From Mobula birostris (lineage: Eukaryota), in the NCBI RefSeq assembly GCF_030028105.1, contig NC_092382.1, forward strand, positions 98,410,699 through 98,474,698: 64,000 bases of DNA, read 5' to 3'. Below the pieces are notes generated by a model. It saw only the letters and a program-made list of their open reading frames with translations, was not told the DNA's origin and did no database searches. The position numbers and the translations under genes are program-made. Shown in pieces: positions 23,223-36,610 of this stretch. Positions within the stretch are counted from its first letter, which is position 1. The number at the start of each line of letters is the position of its first letter.

Positions 23223-23732
23223 CGAGACTCGCTGCGCAGAAGTAGGTCGCCGAGTCCGTCTCCTCGCAGCTGCTGAGCTGCAGAGTGAAGCTGTTCTGTG
23301 CAGCTTCGAGCTTTGTGGTGAACCGCGGTTTAAATTGTGAGTCGCATGAACCATACTCGTTGCAGACATACTCCAGGATCGTCCCGACTTGCCTGTACCA
23401 GTATATGGTGTAGCCGCTCATGCCACCTCCCTCCAAACTGCACTTAAAACTGAACTGTTCACCAGGCCGAACCGAGGCAGCGGTTGGTAACTGGACCACT
23501 GTTGGTGCAGCCGACAAACCTGGATTAACATGCAAGAGAGAGAAATTCATGGTCAAGTGGATGACAACGGCATAGTATCCCGCTATTTAAAACACGATTT
23601 GGGATCGTCCTTGAATCGGCGGTTTCGACCCCGCTGTGAGAAAATAATTGATCAATAAAAAAACTCACATTTGTGCAAGAGTGTCAGGGATAAAGTTAGG
23701 CAGACAAGGGGCACGTCAGGAGGGAAATGCAT
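23223..23732 (-). CDS. Divergent, cysteine-rich V gene, Vdelta-like (leader 23732-23669, V exon 23519-23223)
   Basis: Leader MHFPPDVPLVCLTLSLTLLHK followed by GTGAGT; 149-nt intron. V exon CLSAAPTVVQLPTAASVRPGEQFSFKCSLEGGGMSGYTIYWYRQVGTILEYVCNEYGSCDSQFKPRFTTKLEAAQNSFTLQLSSCEETDSATYFCAASL. The V identity is secure; the Vdelta affinity is inferred. Confidence 0.88.
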
Positions 23733-24829
23733 CGCGATTCTGCAGCGCTGTTCGGCAGCAAATGCGCCTCGTTCGCTTCTTCAACTGAGCTCTGTCGGTC
23801 GAGGGTGTTCCCGGATATGACGTCGAGACTGTCCATACACCAATTGCCGATTGAGCTCCTGCTGACGACATCATTATCTGATCGTCTGCTTGGGACAGAA
23901 ATGGCAATTGTCTGCAGTCATGTTCCAGGCGGTGCAGATACAACCCCTCGGCCCCATTCTTCTGCGTAGGGCAGCTTTGTTATCGAAGCCCATCGCATTA
24001 GCCAGAGGTTCGCGTGTTAACCTCAAAACCTTTCCATTCCATGTACCGGTCAAGAAGACCTTCTGAAGCTTGCAATCTTCGGTGCTTCTCCCGCCGATTT
24101 TATTACTTTTTTAAAAAAACCGAACATTTTAAAGGCTCCTTAAACACCCACTCCACTCACCTTCAATCCCGATTTATTGACATGATTTCTGCATGTTATG
24201 TTTCTGTGGAATCAATTGCATTCATGCTTGTTCAGTGTGTAATATTATATCCGGACCGATGTGAAAATAAACCATGGTAAAATGGTCCATGAAGCAGTCA
24301 ACCAATCAGCTACGTCGGCAAGAGTATTTCCGGAAACTATTTGCCCGAAAGAGGGCGCTGTTGGACCACGGGATTCGACAGAGAGTGCACCCCGAGACGG
24401 GAACGGCAGCCCATTCTGCCCATCGAAATGTACTGATGTCAGTTCAAATGAAGGAATTATGAAACCAATCTCGTTACTTTTTCCGTGTCTCTGTCGATCT
24501 ATCATTTATCGTATCTCGCTCAATAGACGTTCTGAACCCTCAATCAACCTGCATGCGCGCCTACCTGTCTTATTTTTCTGTTGCTTTGAACTATCCCTTT
24601 CCATTTTTCTATCTGCATATCTATCTATCTATCTGTTATAACATCCACAAACTCCACATCAGATTATGCCACAGCACGGATCAGGCCAGAGCTTTCAAAT
24701 TTACAGTCTGCAAGGACAGTAAGGTCTCGTAAAATGGCCGCCCCATCTTCAGATCTCAAAGTGGCAAGTGCTTTTACTATCAAAGGAGACATCAATGATA
24801 CAACTTTGCAATTCGTCAAAATCACATTA

Positions 24830-25810
24830 TCAGAGCACTCCCAAATCCGGTGACACTACCACATCCGTCGAATCCCCAGCCCTAAACCCCAAATCTACCG
24901 ACACACCCGAACTCGTGCACACCCCTAAATCCTGTGACTTCCAATTATCCCGGACAAGTCCGAAAACCAGCAATGCTCCGAATCGATTGGCACCCACAAA
25001 TCCGTGCTCACCTCCGCATCCGATGACACTCCAGGTTCTCCTGACACGCCCTAATCCGCTTACACCCCTAAATTCGCGCGCACACAAAGCCATTCACAAC
25101 TCCCAAAATCTGCTGAGAATCCAATTTCTGATTGCAATCCGAGATCGCTGATGCACCTCAGATTCTGCTGATACCTGCAATTAGGTTGACACCCCTAAAT
25201 TCTCGAGCATCTATCCACAATTTCGCATGCACCCCGCAAAGGTGCTGACACGCGCAAATCCACACGAGTCACCACTTGCGCAAAATCCTCAGATCTATTG
25301 ACATCCTCATGCCCACCGACATCCAGTAATTCGGTGACAGCTCAATTCCTGCTGTTACCCTCAAATTTGTTGTACTTGAAATGCGCGTGCGACCAAAATA
25401 TGGTGACAACACCCCCCATATATCCGACGACAACCTGAAATCCGCCGAATCCTACAAATCTGTACGCGCCACAAATCTACACAGCCCGTAATCCCAGCTC
25501 AGCACCAAATCCCGGTGACCTGTCAATATTCACCAATACCGTGAAAACCGCTGAAACGCCAAAATGTGCCCGCGGCCACTAACCCGAGACACAACCAAAC
25601 CTGTTGACACCCAGCATCCGCCGATAACAAAAATAGCAAGAAGAAAGGTCAATCTTGAAATGAGAATTCATTGTCAAAGCATGTATAAATTATATAACCT
25701 TGAAATACGCCACAGCCCAAAATCTGAGCACCTTTGATACTCGCTGAACCTCCCAAATTCGGTGACACGGCCACATCCGGAACGCGCTCCCAAATCCACG
25801 CGCATGGATA
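24830..25810. repeat. Degenerate C-rich minisatellite, unit about 17-20 bp resembling GACACCCCCAAATCCGCT
   Basis: Recurring ACACCCC(T/C)AAAT(C/T)C variants across about 1 kb. Confidence 0.65.
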
Positions 25811-26504
25811 CGTAGGTGCGTGCGTGCCGATCGAGAGAGGGCAGGCAATCCCCGAGAGTTTTAGAAGGAGGGGTGATAGTTGCAGTGGCGGATGCATAGA
25901 AGTGAACCGGACCGGATTATGGTTCAGAAGCGGGAGGGAGCGTTTGGTTTTCGAGGATATCGGTGTGTCTATGAACTGAGGTGCTCCAGCAGTAGAAACT
26001 CTGTAATAATTTTGTGGGAGAGCGGGGTTTAAAAATCTAAATGGCGTCTGGATGTAATTATCTATAGCTGTTTATTTTCTAATTCTGATTGTACATTAAG
26101 AACCTGGGATACATATTCTAGCCGGCATTCGCGATTGATGGAATCGGTGAAAAAATACACGCAAAAATGAACTAAAACTGATGTGCAAAAAGAAGAAAAA
26201 ATGAACGAATGCATAAAAATAACAATATCAATAGTATTAATCATAATGGAATCAATCAAAACATCAATAGTCATGAGTTTTACAATCATTGAGAGTGAGT
26301 CCATAGGATTCTCATATTGCGATACTAAAGGCTCCTGTAACAACTGCAGACAGGAAATGAGAACATGGCCGAGATGTTTGAGGTCTTTCATAGTGGATGC
26401 TGTTTTCTTGTTGGGAGCATCTCTGGCAAATGTGATTTGGCTGAGTGTGATGTAAGGCCTCATTTGGAGTACAGTATTGTTATAGTGTTATAATATTAAG
26501 ACCA

Positions 26505-27740
26505 TAAGTCAATACGAGCAGAATTAGGCCGTCTGGCCCATCGAGTTTGCTCCGCTACTCTATCATAGCTGATACTTTATTATCTCCTCCTCAACCCTAG
26601 TTCCGGGCCCTCTCCCTGTAACCTTTGATGCCATGCCCAATCGTGAATATATCTATCACTGCCTACAAAGACCCAACAACCTGGTCTCCGCAGCTGTATG
26701 TGGCAACAAAATCCACAAGTTCACCATGCTTTCGCAGAAGAAATCTGTCTGCATATCCGTATTGAAAGGGCACCGCTCTATCCTGATGCTGTGCCCTCTT
26801 GTCCTAGACTCTCCTACCATGGGAAATATCCTTTCCACATCGACTCTGTCTAGGCCTTTCAACATTCGAAAGCTCTTCAATGAGATCGTCCCTCATCCTT
26901 CTGAATTCCAGCGAGTGGAGACACAGATCCATCAAACGTTCTTCCTGTGATAACCCTTTCATTCCTGGTATCCTTTTTGTGAAGCTCCTGTTGGACCTCT
27001 GCAATGCCAGCACATCTGTTCCACGATGAGGTGTCTAAAACTGTACACAGTACTTAAGATGAGGCCTCGCCAGTGTCTTATAAACCCCCAGCATCACTAA
27101 TCTTGTATTCTAGATCTCTTGAAATAAATGCTAACATGACATTTGCCGTCCTCAACCACCGACTCAACCTACAAGTTAACCATCAGGGTGTTCCGTACAA
27201 GGATTCCAAGTCCTCTGCATCTCAGGTTCCTGGAAGTTTTTTTTCATCTTTTAGAAAATAGTCCATACTTTTATTTCTATTGCCAAAGTGCATGGACATG
27301 CATTTTCGAAGATTATATTTCATTTTCCACTCTCTTGCCCATTCTCATAAACTGTCGAAGTTCTTCTACATCCTACCTGTTCCCTCAACACTGCCTGCTC
27401 CTTCACCAATCTTCGTATCGTCTGCAAACTAGGCAACAGAGTCATCCATTGCATCATCTAAAATGTATCATTTATATATAGCACCAGAAGAAGTCGTCCT
27501 AACACCGACTCCTGCGGAACACCACTCGTCACTGGTAGTCAACCAGAAAGGGATCTTTTTATTCCCACTCGCTGCCTCTTACCAAACAGCCAATGCTCTA
27601 ACCATGTTAGTAACTCTCCTGCAATGCTATGGGTTCCTAACTTGGTAAGCAGCTTCACGTGTGGCACTTGTCAAAGGTCTTTGGAAAGTCCAAATATACA
27701 ACATCCACTGCATCTCCTTTATCTATCCTACCTGTAATCT
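26505..27740 (-). mobile_element. Decayed CR1 RT and 3' fragments
   Basis: Minus-strand ORFs KSFRMLKGLDRVDVERIFPMVGESRTRGH and HSLEFRRMRDDLIE. Confidence 0.75.
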
Positions 27741-27769
27741 CCTCAAAGAATTTGGGACTTGATGAAGCG

Positions 27770-28307
27770 CTGGACAGGCCTCATTTGGAGTATTGGGAGC
27801 AGGTCGGGAAGTTTAACTGAGAAATGACGTGTTGAAACTGGAGAGCGTTCAAAGGAGGTTGACGAAATTCATTGCAAGATTGAATGTTTGTCATATGAAG
27901 AGCGTTTGATGTCTTTGGGCTCGTATTCATTAGTATTCAGAAGGATAAGGGATGATCTGATTGAAACCTACCTAATGGTGAAAGGCGTTCATCGAGTGGA
28001 TGCGGAGTGGATGTTTCCAACCATGGGACAGCCTTAGACTGGAGGACACAGTCCCGCAATAGAGGGACATCTTTTTAGTATGAAGATGAAGAGAAATTTC
28101 TTCAGCTGGAAAGGAGTGAATTTCCGGCGTTACGTATATTCAAAGCAGAGTTTGACAGATTCCTAATTGGTTCGGGCTTGAATGAATAAGGGGAGAAGGC
28201 AGGAGATTGGGATTGAGATGAAAATACAACAGACCGGATGAGATGGTGGAGCAGGCTTGACGGGCTAAATCCCTGATTCTGTTCCTAAATATTATAGTCT
28301 TAGAATC

Positions 28308-28310
<3 letters not shown>
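27770..28310 (+). mobile_element. CR1 3' fragment
   Basis: Same 3' ORF2/UTR homology as the element ending at 17720. Confidence 0.7.
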
Positions 28311-28342
<32 letters not shown>

Positions 28343-28406
28343 ACAACAACAATAATAATAATACCAACAACAATAACAATAATAATAACTACAATAATAA
28401 TAATAA
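28311..28406. repeat. (AAT/AAC)n microsatellite
   Basis: Direct read of the sequence. Confidence 0.95.
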
Positions 28407-29499
28407 CAGACTTAATTTAATAATAGCTTCAATTTATTGACTGCATCGCTCCATGTGTGATTTTTCATAGAGAACCTCTACCTGTGTCATTCTTGTAGAA
28501 CACCTTCTATTGCCCAATCATCATGGCTCCGTCTGTCAAAGTAGACAATGGCTGCGCCCTTTCCGGGCCGCAGACCTGGGCGATAAATATGGAGATCCTG
28601 GGCCGCCCAGACATCAAGATCGCCCTCTCGGCCTCGCGGATGTGGTCCAAAGGAATGCGAAGCAGCCCATTTGGAATCAGTTTCGCTGCAGAAGCTGCCG
28701 GGAGGTGACGTGATACGTCATCCGACCGCCTTAGACCCCAAGAAGCTCTATATATTCAGCGGCTGCAGACTGAGCCTTTTCGCACGCTATCTATTATTAT
28801 GTTGTTATTAGTATCTATAATAATAATTATTATAATTTCTTCTCGGCTCCACTTGGTAAAACTTGAAGTATGGCCATTGCCAAGCAGACATATATCTCAG
28901 TTGTTCGGAACTTTCCGAGTGGTCAAACTATGCTTAGTGCTGTGTCCTTCTGAAGAACTAACTGTGTTATTATGTTCTGCCGTACCATTGGAATGATATA
29001 AATTGTAACTATTACTGTTGGGAGAATGTTTCATAGTCTTTCAATTTCCTCTTTAGTTCGGTATATTTCTGGTGTTTTTCAACTTATTAAATTCTGTGGG
29101 TTATGTGTGGTCGAGCAGGCTCTATCTATTAAGTACACTGTTCTTGCCTGTTTATCGTGCAATATGATCACCGGTCGCATAAGGAAATACACCGCGGTAA
29201 AATGAATGAATGAATAAATCAATCAACCATATCTGCACCTGTATTTCCTACAAATATGTGTGCGAAAGAGACGAATAATTCTCCGCAAACACACAGGGAC
29301 CCCGCTGCATAGAATGTGGGGAAACCCGTGCCAATCATAATTAACTTGACAAGATAAAAACAGGCAGCACGAGGCTTTAACCGGTATATATGTAAGGTAA
29401 CAAGGAAATACAGGGGCAAGAGCAGATTCGAAACCCAAGACTCGACGGCAAGACGCAAACACATCTATTAATAGATCTGGACCAAAGTCCTACAATCAA

Positions 29500-30760
29500 T
29501 GTACTTTTACAAATATCCCTTTAATGCTGAAATACACAACACATCCATCGCTTCCGCTGCTAAATCGTTCCACCTCCTCACCAAGCGCCATGAAGAACTT
29601 CCTGCTAAAGTTCATCTCAAATATTTTACCTTTCGCCCCCAACACATGACCTCTGAGTCATGACATAACATGACTGAGTCTCACCCGACCTCAGTGGAAA
29701 AAAATGCTGCTTGAATCGATACACCTCATAACTGACTATACCCCTATCGTATCTCCCCATAATCTTCACGTTCCACGGTTTAAAGCCCGAAACTATGAAA
29801 TAGGTCCATACAACACAATTCGTGCAGTCCCGGCACCATCTTGTAAAGTTTCTCTCTGTTATTTCAGCATTATTTACAGCTCCCTTCTAGGACCAAAACT
29901 GGACATACTTTTCCAAATTAGTCCTCCCACATGCTCGCCAGATGTGTTTTCTGCGTGAGAAACATGGAAACATAGAGAACCTACAGCACAATTAAGGCCC
30001 CTCGGCCAAATAAGCTGTGCCGAACATGTCCCCACCCCTGAAACTACCTAGGGGTACGCGAATCCTTCTATTTTTCTAAGCTCCATGTGCCTATCTAGGA
30101 GTCTCTTAGAAGACCCAGTCGTAACCGCTGCCGCAGGCCATTCCACGCACTCAACACTCTCTGCGTAAAAAAAAAAACTACCCTTGACATCTCCTCTCTA
30201 CCATCCTCCAAGCATCTTAAAACCATGCGCTCTCGTGTTAGCCATTTCAGCCCTGGGAAAAAAAGCCTTTGACTATCCACACGATCAATGCCTCTCATCA
30301 TCTTGTGCACCTCTATCAGCTCACTTCTCATCCTTCGTCGCTCCAAGGAGAAAAGGCCGAGTTCACTCAATCTACTCTCAGAAAGCATGCTCCCAAATCC
30401 AGGCAACATCCTTGTAAATCTGTTCTGCACCCTTTCTGTGGTTTTCACATACTTCCTGTAGTGAGGCGACCACAGCTGAGCATAGTACTCCAAGTGGGGT
30501 CTGACCAGGTTCCTCTATAGTTGCAACATTATCTCTCGGCTTGTAACCTCAGTGCCACGATTGATGAAGGCCAATGCACCTCAAGTCTTCTTAACCACAA
30601 AGTCAACCTGCGCAGCAGCTTTGAATGTCCTATGGACTCGTATCCCACGATCCCCCTGATCGTTCACACTGCCCAGAATTTTACCATTAATGTTAAATTG
30701 TGCCATCACACATGACCTACCAAAATGAAACACCTCACACTTATCTGGGTTGAACTCATT
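29500..30760 (-). mobile_element. Decayed CR1 fragments
   Basis: ORF 30095-30493: EYYAQLWSPHYRK...LFSLERRRMRSELIEVHKMMRGIDRVD. Confidence 0.75.
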
Positions 30761-31134
30761 ATTCGGGAGGCGTTCTCTCAGAAGTTAGGAAATGTCCGCA
30801 TTTTGAGGTACACTTGCCACTTGCCGATTAGACTTGAGCTGTGGAGGTATACGTCCGAATAGATATTGTGTTTTGGTATAAATACTAGTGCATAAAATAA
30901 TACAGAGTACGCCCGCCAATAGAAGGAAATACGGAAAGAAAGAGTGGATGGAGCGGCGGAGACTTAAACAGCGAGATACAGATGCAGAAGGAAAGAGACA
31001 GAAGCCGATATGAGAAAGGAAGGGAAAAAGAAAGAACGATGGATAAGTAGATAAACACAGACAGAGAAGTGGAACGATAGACAGATGGATAGGTAGACAG
31101 GCAGACAGACATATAGATTAGCAGACAGGTGGAG

Positions 31135-31135
<1 letters not shown>

Positions 31136-31187
<52 letters not shown>
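31136..31187. repeat. (GATA)n microsatellite
   Basis: Direct read of the sequence. Confidence 0.95.
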
Positions 31188-32870
31188 CATAGATTCATAC
31201 ATACATACATAACAGACGAGGCTTTCCAGAAAGCAGCTTCTGAAATGTTGAATAGTAAATTCGGTAAACATTATTTGATCCACCCTGGCCAATGGTGGAA
31301 AGTGTATTTTAAAAATATTCCGATGCTCGAGGATTTCCCGCTAAAAAACACACTTAGACATTATTTCCTTGTCAGTACCCGCCCCTATCATCACCTTTGT
31401 TTTAATTACAAGCTTGTATTTTTTTTTTACTTTCTGCATCCGCTTCTCTTGAGCCGCTTTTGTTAGAGTTACAATTTGCTCGGCCAGGCCGCGAAAAACC
31501 CGCACAGTTGCAATCACAAATCACGGACTGTTCGGGAGCACAATGGCGTAAACTGGAAGTTGCCGCCTCCGCTCTGAAGTCCCACTGACTGTAACTCACT
31601 GAGTTAAAGGGAGAACAACAGCACTGTCCTCATTTTATCGGATAATGATGTGAAAAGAGGTAAAGAAACGAGTAATAATTGTGGATTTCGGTCGCTCCTC
31701 AGGAATGGATGCATACGTACATTGGATTTAAAATTTTCCTGAACGACCAGCGTGGAAGATTTCACTCACCTCTGATATGAACGGTTTCCATTCACTTTTC
31801 AGGGCTCTGCAACTCAGAATGCCGGCATTGCTTATTTACAATGTTTGTGTATGGGTGCTTTGCCCAGTCTATTCTCCGTGTGGTTTGCCATTGATGTGAT
31901 CGAATGTCTTTGTCCTACTGCGAATGTCCACAAGACAATGAATCTCAGGGTAGTTTACGGTGACGTAGACACTAAGTTGACACTTTTCCAGATACCTCTT
32001 GTCCACTGAGTGCATTCTCGTGTCCGATTGGATATGCGCATTAACGAGCAGGTGCACCAGTGAGTGTAGAGCTGAGGACTCCCATACACACTCAGTGCTG
32101 AGACTCTGGAATCAGAGAATAAACAAGAAACAGGGTGTGATTTCCCGTTCCACCCGAGTCCGCAGCGAGCTGATGCATCTTTCCCCTCTCTAACTACTCC
32201 CAAGATAGTGAGATCCTACTGAGAAGATGAGCTGGAGAGTCCTTTAAAACCTGTCCACAGGTCCTAGAATCAGTCCTGCGTGGAGATGGATGAAGCTATC
32301 CACTCCGGTTGTGCGTCTGTTGGTTGTAAGGTTATAACTGTTCCTGAACCTGCTGCTGTGGCTCCTCAGGCTCCTGGGCATCTTGCTTCATGACGGTAGA
32401 GAGACGAGTATATGGCCGATATGGAAGCAATCCTTGATGTCAGATGCTGTTTTCTGCTGATGGGGCAGAATCTGTTCCTCAGGTTGTTAGTAACTCCTAT
32501 ATAGCCTTTCGAAGTTGACTACTCCCTTTACTTAATTGACCTCTCCAAATGGCCCTTCAGGATTATCCTAATATTGCTCTGCTTCCTGATTGGATAAGGC
32601 GGTGTGGCCGTTCTTGCTTCCGGCATGCATAAAAGTTCCCAAACATCCATTCCGCAGACAGACCTTACTGGAGTCGAAGAGGTGACGAGGTGGTGGGAGA
32701 AAGAAGGAGAGGGGCTGGGGTAGGTCACCAGCAACGAACTCAGCCCCTCAGAAGGCTGACTGTGCTCGGCGATGGTTTGCAGGATTGGTTAACGACTGGC
32801 ATCTTCCAACTCCAAAGCCGAACACCACTGAGCTGTTAAAATTATTTATTAGTAACGAAAGATAAGTGTG

Positions 32871-33150
32871 CGCGTGGCCAGGTGGTTAAGGGGTCCGTCT
32901 AGTTCGAGCCTCAGCGGAGGCAGCGTGTTGTGTCCTTGAGTAAGGCACTTAAGCACAAATGGCTCTGCGATAACACCGGTGCCAAGCTGTACGGGTCCTA
33001 GTGCCCTTCCCTTGGACAACATCCGTGGCATAGAGAGGGGGACCTGCAGCATGGGCAACTGCTGGTCTTCCATACGACGTTGCCGAGGCCTGCGCCCTGG
33101 AAACCTTCCAAGGCGCAAATCCATTGTCTCGCGAGACTAACGGATGCCTA
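32871..33150 (+). mobile_element. tRNA-derived SINE-like element
   Basis: A-box-like TGGCCAGGTGG at 32875, B-box GTTCGAGCC at 32902, AT-rich tail. Confidence 0.55.
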
Positions 33151-33190
33151 TAAATATATATATTGAACTATGTACATATGTATATATTAT

Positions 33191-33191
<1 letters not shown>

Positions 33192-33232
<41 letters not shown>
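33192..33232. repeat. (CA)n microsatellite
   Basis: Direct read of the sequence. Confidence 0.95.
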
Positions 33233-33233
<1 letters not shown>

Positions 33234-33539
33234 ACATACACATATTATGCATGTCAATTCTGAATTTAGCAGCAGCTTCCTCAAGCAATTCCAAGCCTCT
33301 TGCACCACCATTGTTCACTTGCTGCCAACAGAAGGCAGCTAAAAATATAGCTGCGACAAGATAAAGTATAGAAGTCAGCAAGCCAATGATATCAAACAGG
33401 ATAGCAACATATATATAAACGAAATAAAGAGAGTAGATGTAGCACCACCGAAAAATGACCGGGTACGCGGAAATAGAGAATAAGTATTTTGCATCGGTCG
33501 CCATTGTGCGAGACACTAGCTGCATGCACGAAGTTCGAG

Positions 33540-34115
33540 AATATCAGGGGCAGAAGTGAGTGCAGCTGCTTCTACTGGGGAGAAAATGATTGGGAAATCG
33601 AAAGGTGTGAAGGTAGATGAGTCACATGGACCAGATGCACGACATTCCAGGGCTCTGAAAGAGGTAGTTGAAGAGATTCTGGAAGCAGTATCTTGCAATT
33701 CAATAGGCGTGGTTCTCGAGAACCGGGCAATCGAAAATATCACGACTCTTCAAGAAGGGAAGAAGGTAGACTAAAGGAAATTATATCTGTTAGCCTGACT
33801 TCAGTGGTTAAGGATGGGGTTTTAGGGGTTAATGAAGGAACATTAGGACGGAGGCCAAAGTCAGCATGGTTTTGTTAAGGGAAAATCGCGCCTGACAAAT
33901 TTGTTAGAACTCTTTGAAGGAATAACAAACGAGATAGTCAAAGGAGATTCGGTTGATATTGTGTACTTGGATTTTCAGAAGGTCTTTGAAGAGGTGCCAC
34001 ACATGAGGCTGTTTAACAAATTAGAAGTCCATGGTATTACAGGGAAAGTTCTAGCATGGATAAAACGGCGGCCGTGTGGCAGGAGTGGGAATAAAGGAGT
34101 TGGCTGCTGGTAATT
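33540..34115 (+). mobile_element. Decayed CR1 RT fragment
   Basis: VDIVYLDFQKVFEEVPH motif in ORF 33901-34113. Confidence 0.75.
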
Positions 34116-34662
34116 GGTAAGATTCGGCGGGGTGATTTATTTACCTTCAGACCTTCCACTTTCTCAAGAACCTTCTCTCTAGTCATGGCAACTTCATGCA
34201 CTTCATGTCACCTGAAACCTGGAACTTTCACCCTACTGCTCGCGGCTTCCACAGTCCACCTCTCCAGCATCGTTTTCCAGCGGTCGGATGCCCCTCCTCT
34301 ATTTCTTCCTTCTGTCCTCTCCCATCAGACTCCCCATCTCCCAACCCTGTATGTCCTTCACCAATCAACCCCCTAACTTTTTAGATCATCACAAGGATTT
34401 TACGTGATTGGGTTGCTATCCCGATGCCGAATCCTCCCCCTTTCGCCACCGACAGTCTATAGGCGGAGTTTGATTCCATCGACCAATGTGAGATTTTGGG
34501 CGGAACGAATTGCTAAAGCCCCGCAGGTTGAGCCGCCAATCACTGAGAAGGGGCGTGGATACTGACTGCTGGGGTACAGTCGTTCAGACAAGTTAAACTA
34601 GTTTGAAGGCCGGTTCCGCTCCTCGCCACTTTCATTAGCAAGAGAGAAACTTCAGGACAGTT

Positions 34663-35572
34663 ATGTTTTTCTTACTGGGGATGATGGCTCTATTTCATGG
34701 TGAGTGTTTCATGAAGCGGAGCTGTTTTGATTCACGTTTCTGCACTGTTTCCTTCTCACGGTCACTCACTATCGCTCTCTGCTTTCCGTCCTCTCGGTTT
34801 TATGTTTTCTCTCGCCATCTTCTTCTCTTTTCTCTCATCCCTTTTATCTGTCCCTATCTCTTTTCCGTGCGCACTCATCGTTTGTAATTGCATATCTTCG
34901 CTCAGCTCTACAACTTTCTTTTATTGTTTTACTTTTCCCAGCTACACTCCTTCCTCTGTTATACTCCTGTCTGCCGGAATGTTCTTCTGTAGGTCTCCAT
35001 TTACTTTCACTTGTCCATCTATCCCTTAGTGTGCCTGCGTAGAGGTGTCTGTTCTAAATATTTTAACTATATTCGTGTCCGTCTGTCTCTGTCCTTATCT
35101 CAGTGCCTGCCAATCCATTTATCTATCTATCTGTCCATGTCGCTCTGGCGATCGATGTATTTAAGTATGTATATATGTATCTATCTGCATGCCTTCCTAT
35201 CCATCTAAAGATATACCTATCATTGAGGTATATTAATTTGAATTTATTTTCATCATCGATTTTAAACTTTCCAGGGGTACAGAGTGAATTAATTCTCCAA
35301 AAAGACCGATTCCTCACCGTACGCGAACGGGACTCGGTGATGATGTCCTGCTTTGTGCCAAATACACACCCCGATACCTATTGGTATCGACAGGCTCCCA
35401 GCCAGGGTCTGGAGCTCCTGATCTACGTCTATCGGAATAACGCCCCGGAGATATCGGAAGGATTCGAGAACCGACTGTCAGCAGTCCGGGGGTCGGACGA
35501 TTCCTACCATCTCAACCTGACTGGGCTGCTCCCCGATGACACGGCTGTGTATTTCTGCGCAAGCGTTAGTAC
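34663..35572 (+). CDS. TRBV: TCR beta-like V gene, distinct family, open (leader 34663-34699, V exon 35275-35572)
   Basis: Leader MFFLLGMMALFH followed by GTGAGT. V exon GVQSELILQKDRFLTVRERDSVMMSCFVPNTHPDTYWYRQAPSQGLELLIYVYRNNAPEISEGFENRLSAVRGSDDSYHLNLTGLLPDDTAVYFCASVS. Confidence 0.88.
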
Positions 35573-35611
35573 CACAGCAGTGCCGGCAGCCTGACGTACA
35601 CTGCAAATACC
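35573..35611 (+). other. 23-RSS (CACAGCA-23-GCAAATACC)
   Basis: Heptamer 35573-35579, nonamer 35603-35611. Confidence 0.85.
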
Positions 35612-35970
35612 TATCGACAAGGATAACCTCCAAACCCGTTCCCCACCCTGCCCCTTACCTCCACTAATCCCATCAGTGGCAACGGTTTCATAACCGTGGC
35701 AAATTCAGTGGAACCCTGTCCTCCGGAATTTCCAGGCAGCCAAGTGGTCCCACTGGTCTTCATAGCGACACAACTGACGCTTAGTAACCTATTAACGGAA
35801 TGATCTCAGTTATTGTAGAGGTAGAGACCTAAATATCCATCGGTCTCTTTAATCTATCTGTCTCTCTGCCTATTTGTCTGTCTGTCTATATGCCTGGTTG
35901 TTTATATATCTATCCATCTGTTCTTCCATCGGTCTATCTATCTATCTATCTATATATATATACATATATA

Positions 35971-36610
35971 TGTAGCCCTCCTGTCCAGCCTCAGGGTCGC
36001 TTGGCTCGCTGTCGTCTAGGGAAACAGCCCTCGGCCCCGCCAAACTGGATAATTCGTTTCTGTGGATGCTGTGTGATGTACCCCACCCCGACCAAAGAAC
36101 AGACAATACACCAGATACGAGTAAATGATTTACAGTTTATAGATATTACCGGAACTTTATAATTAATAGAGAATAAAATATAAAAGGAAAAGAAAAGGCG
36201 CCACACTTATGAAAGTTCAATCTCTTCGTGCACAAACAGGTGGAGCTCAAGGACCTTCTTCTTCACCCTGCGACCCCTCGGACCACCTCGACCGGCCGCC
36301 TGGGACAAACAACGGTGGTCGACCAGACGCTCCACACGAGTCCGTCTCCGTCTCCTTTCCTCGCCGAACGCCCCACTCGGGGTCCGACCCCTTTACCGGA
36401 CTCACGGCACCTGGTCCATCCTCTGTCTCTCTCCCCCGGCTTCTGCCTCCAAAACCCTGCGCTTACAATATCTTACAGGCAGACCAGAAACATAAAAACT
36501 ATTCCAATTGGTTCTTATCAGTAACGTGATTCAAAGAAACTGCTAGCGAGAGGACTTTATCAACAGTTAACATAACAAAGAAGCCATTTCAATTAGACTT
36601 CGCAGCGACA
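35971..36610 (-). mobile_element. Possible solo LTR
   Basis: TG...CA termini, about 640 bp, no ORF, inserted in a TA-rich tract; no clean TSD. Confidence 0.35.

Noticed and set aside
28140-28379. Poly-Leu signal-peptide-like ORF
   Set aside because: Translation of the (AAT/AAC)n microsatellite; likewise the poly-RE/SL ORFs at 55600-56130 and the SIYL ORFs at 30885-31292.
31850-32110. Minus-strand CACGGAG-23-ACACAAACA RSS-like element behind a possible V relic
   Set aside because: No YxC before the heptamer, and the acceptor-to-heptamer distance (about 230 nt) is too short for a V exon.
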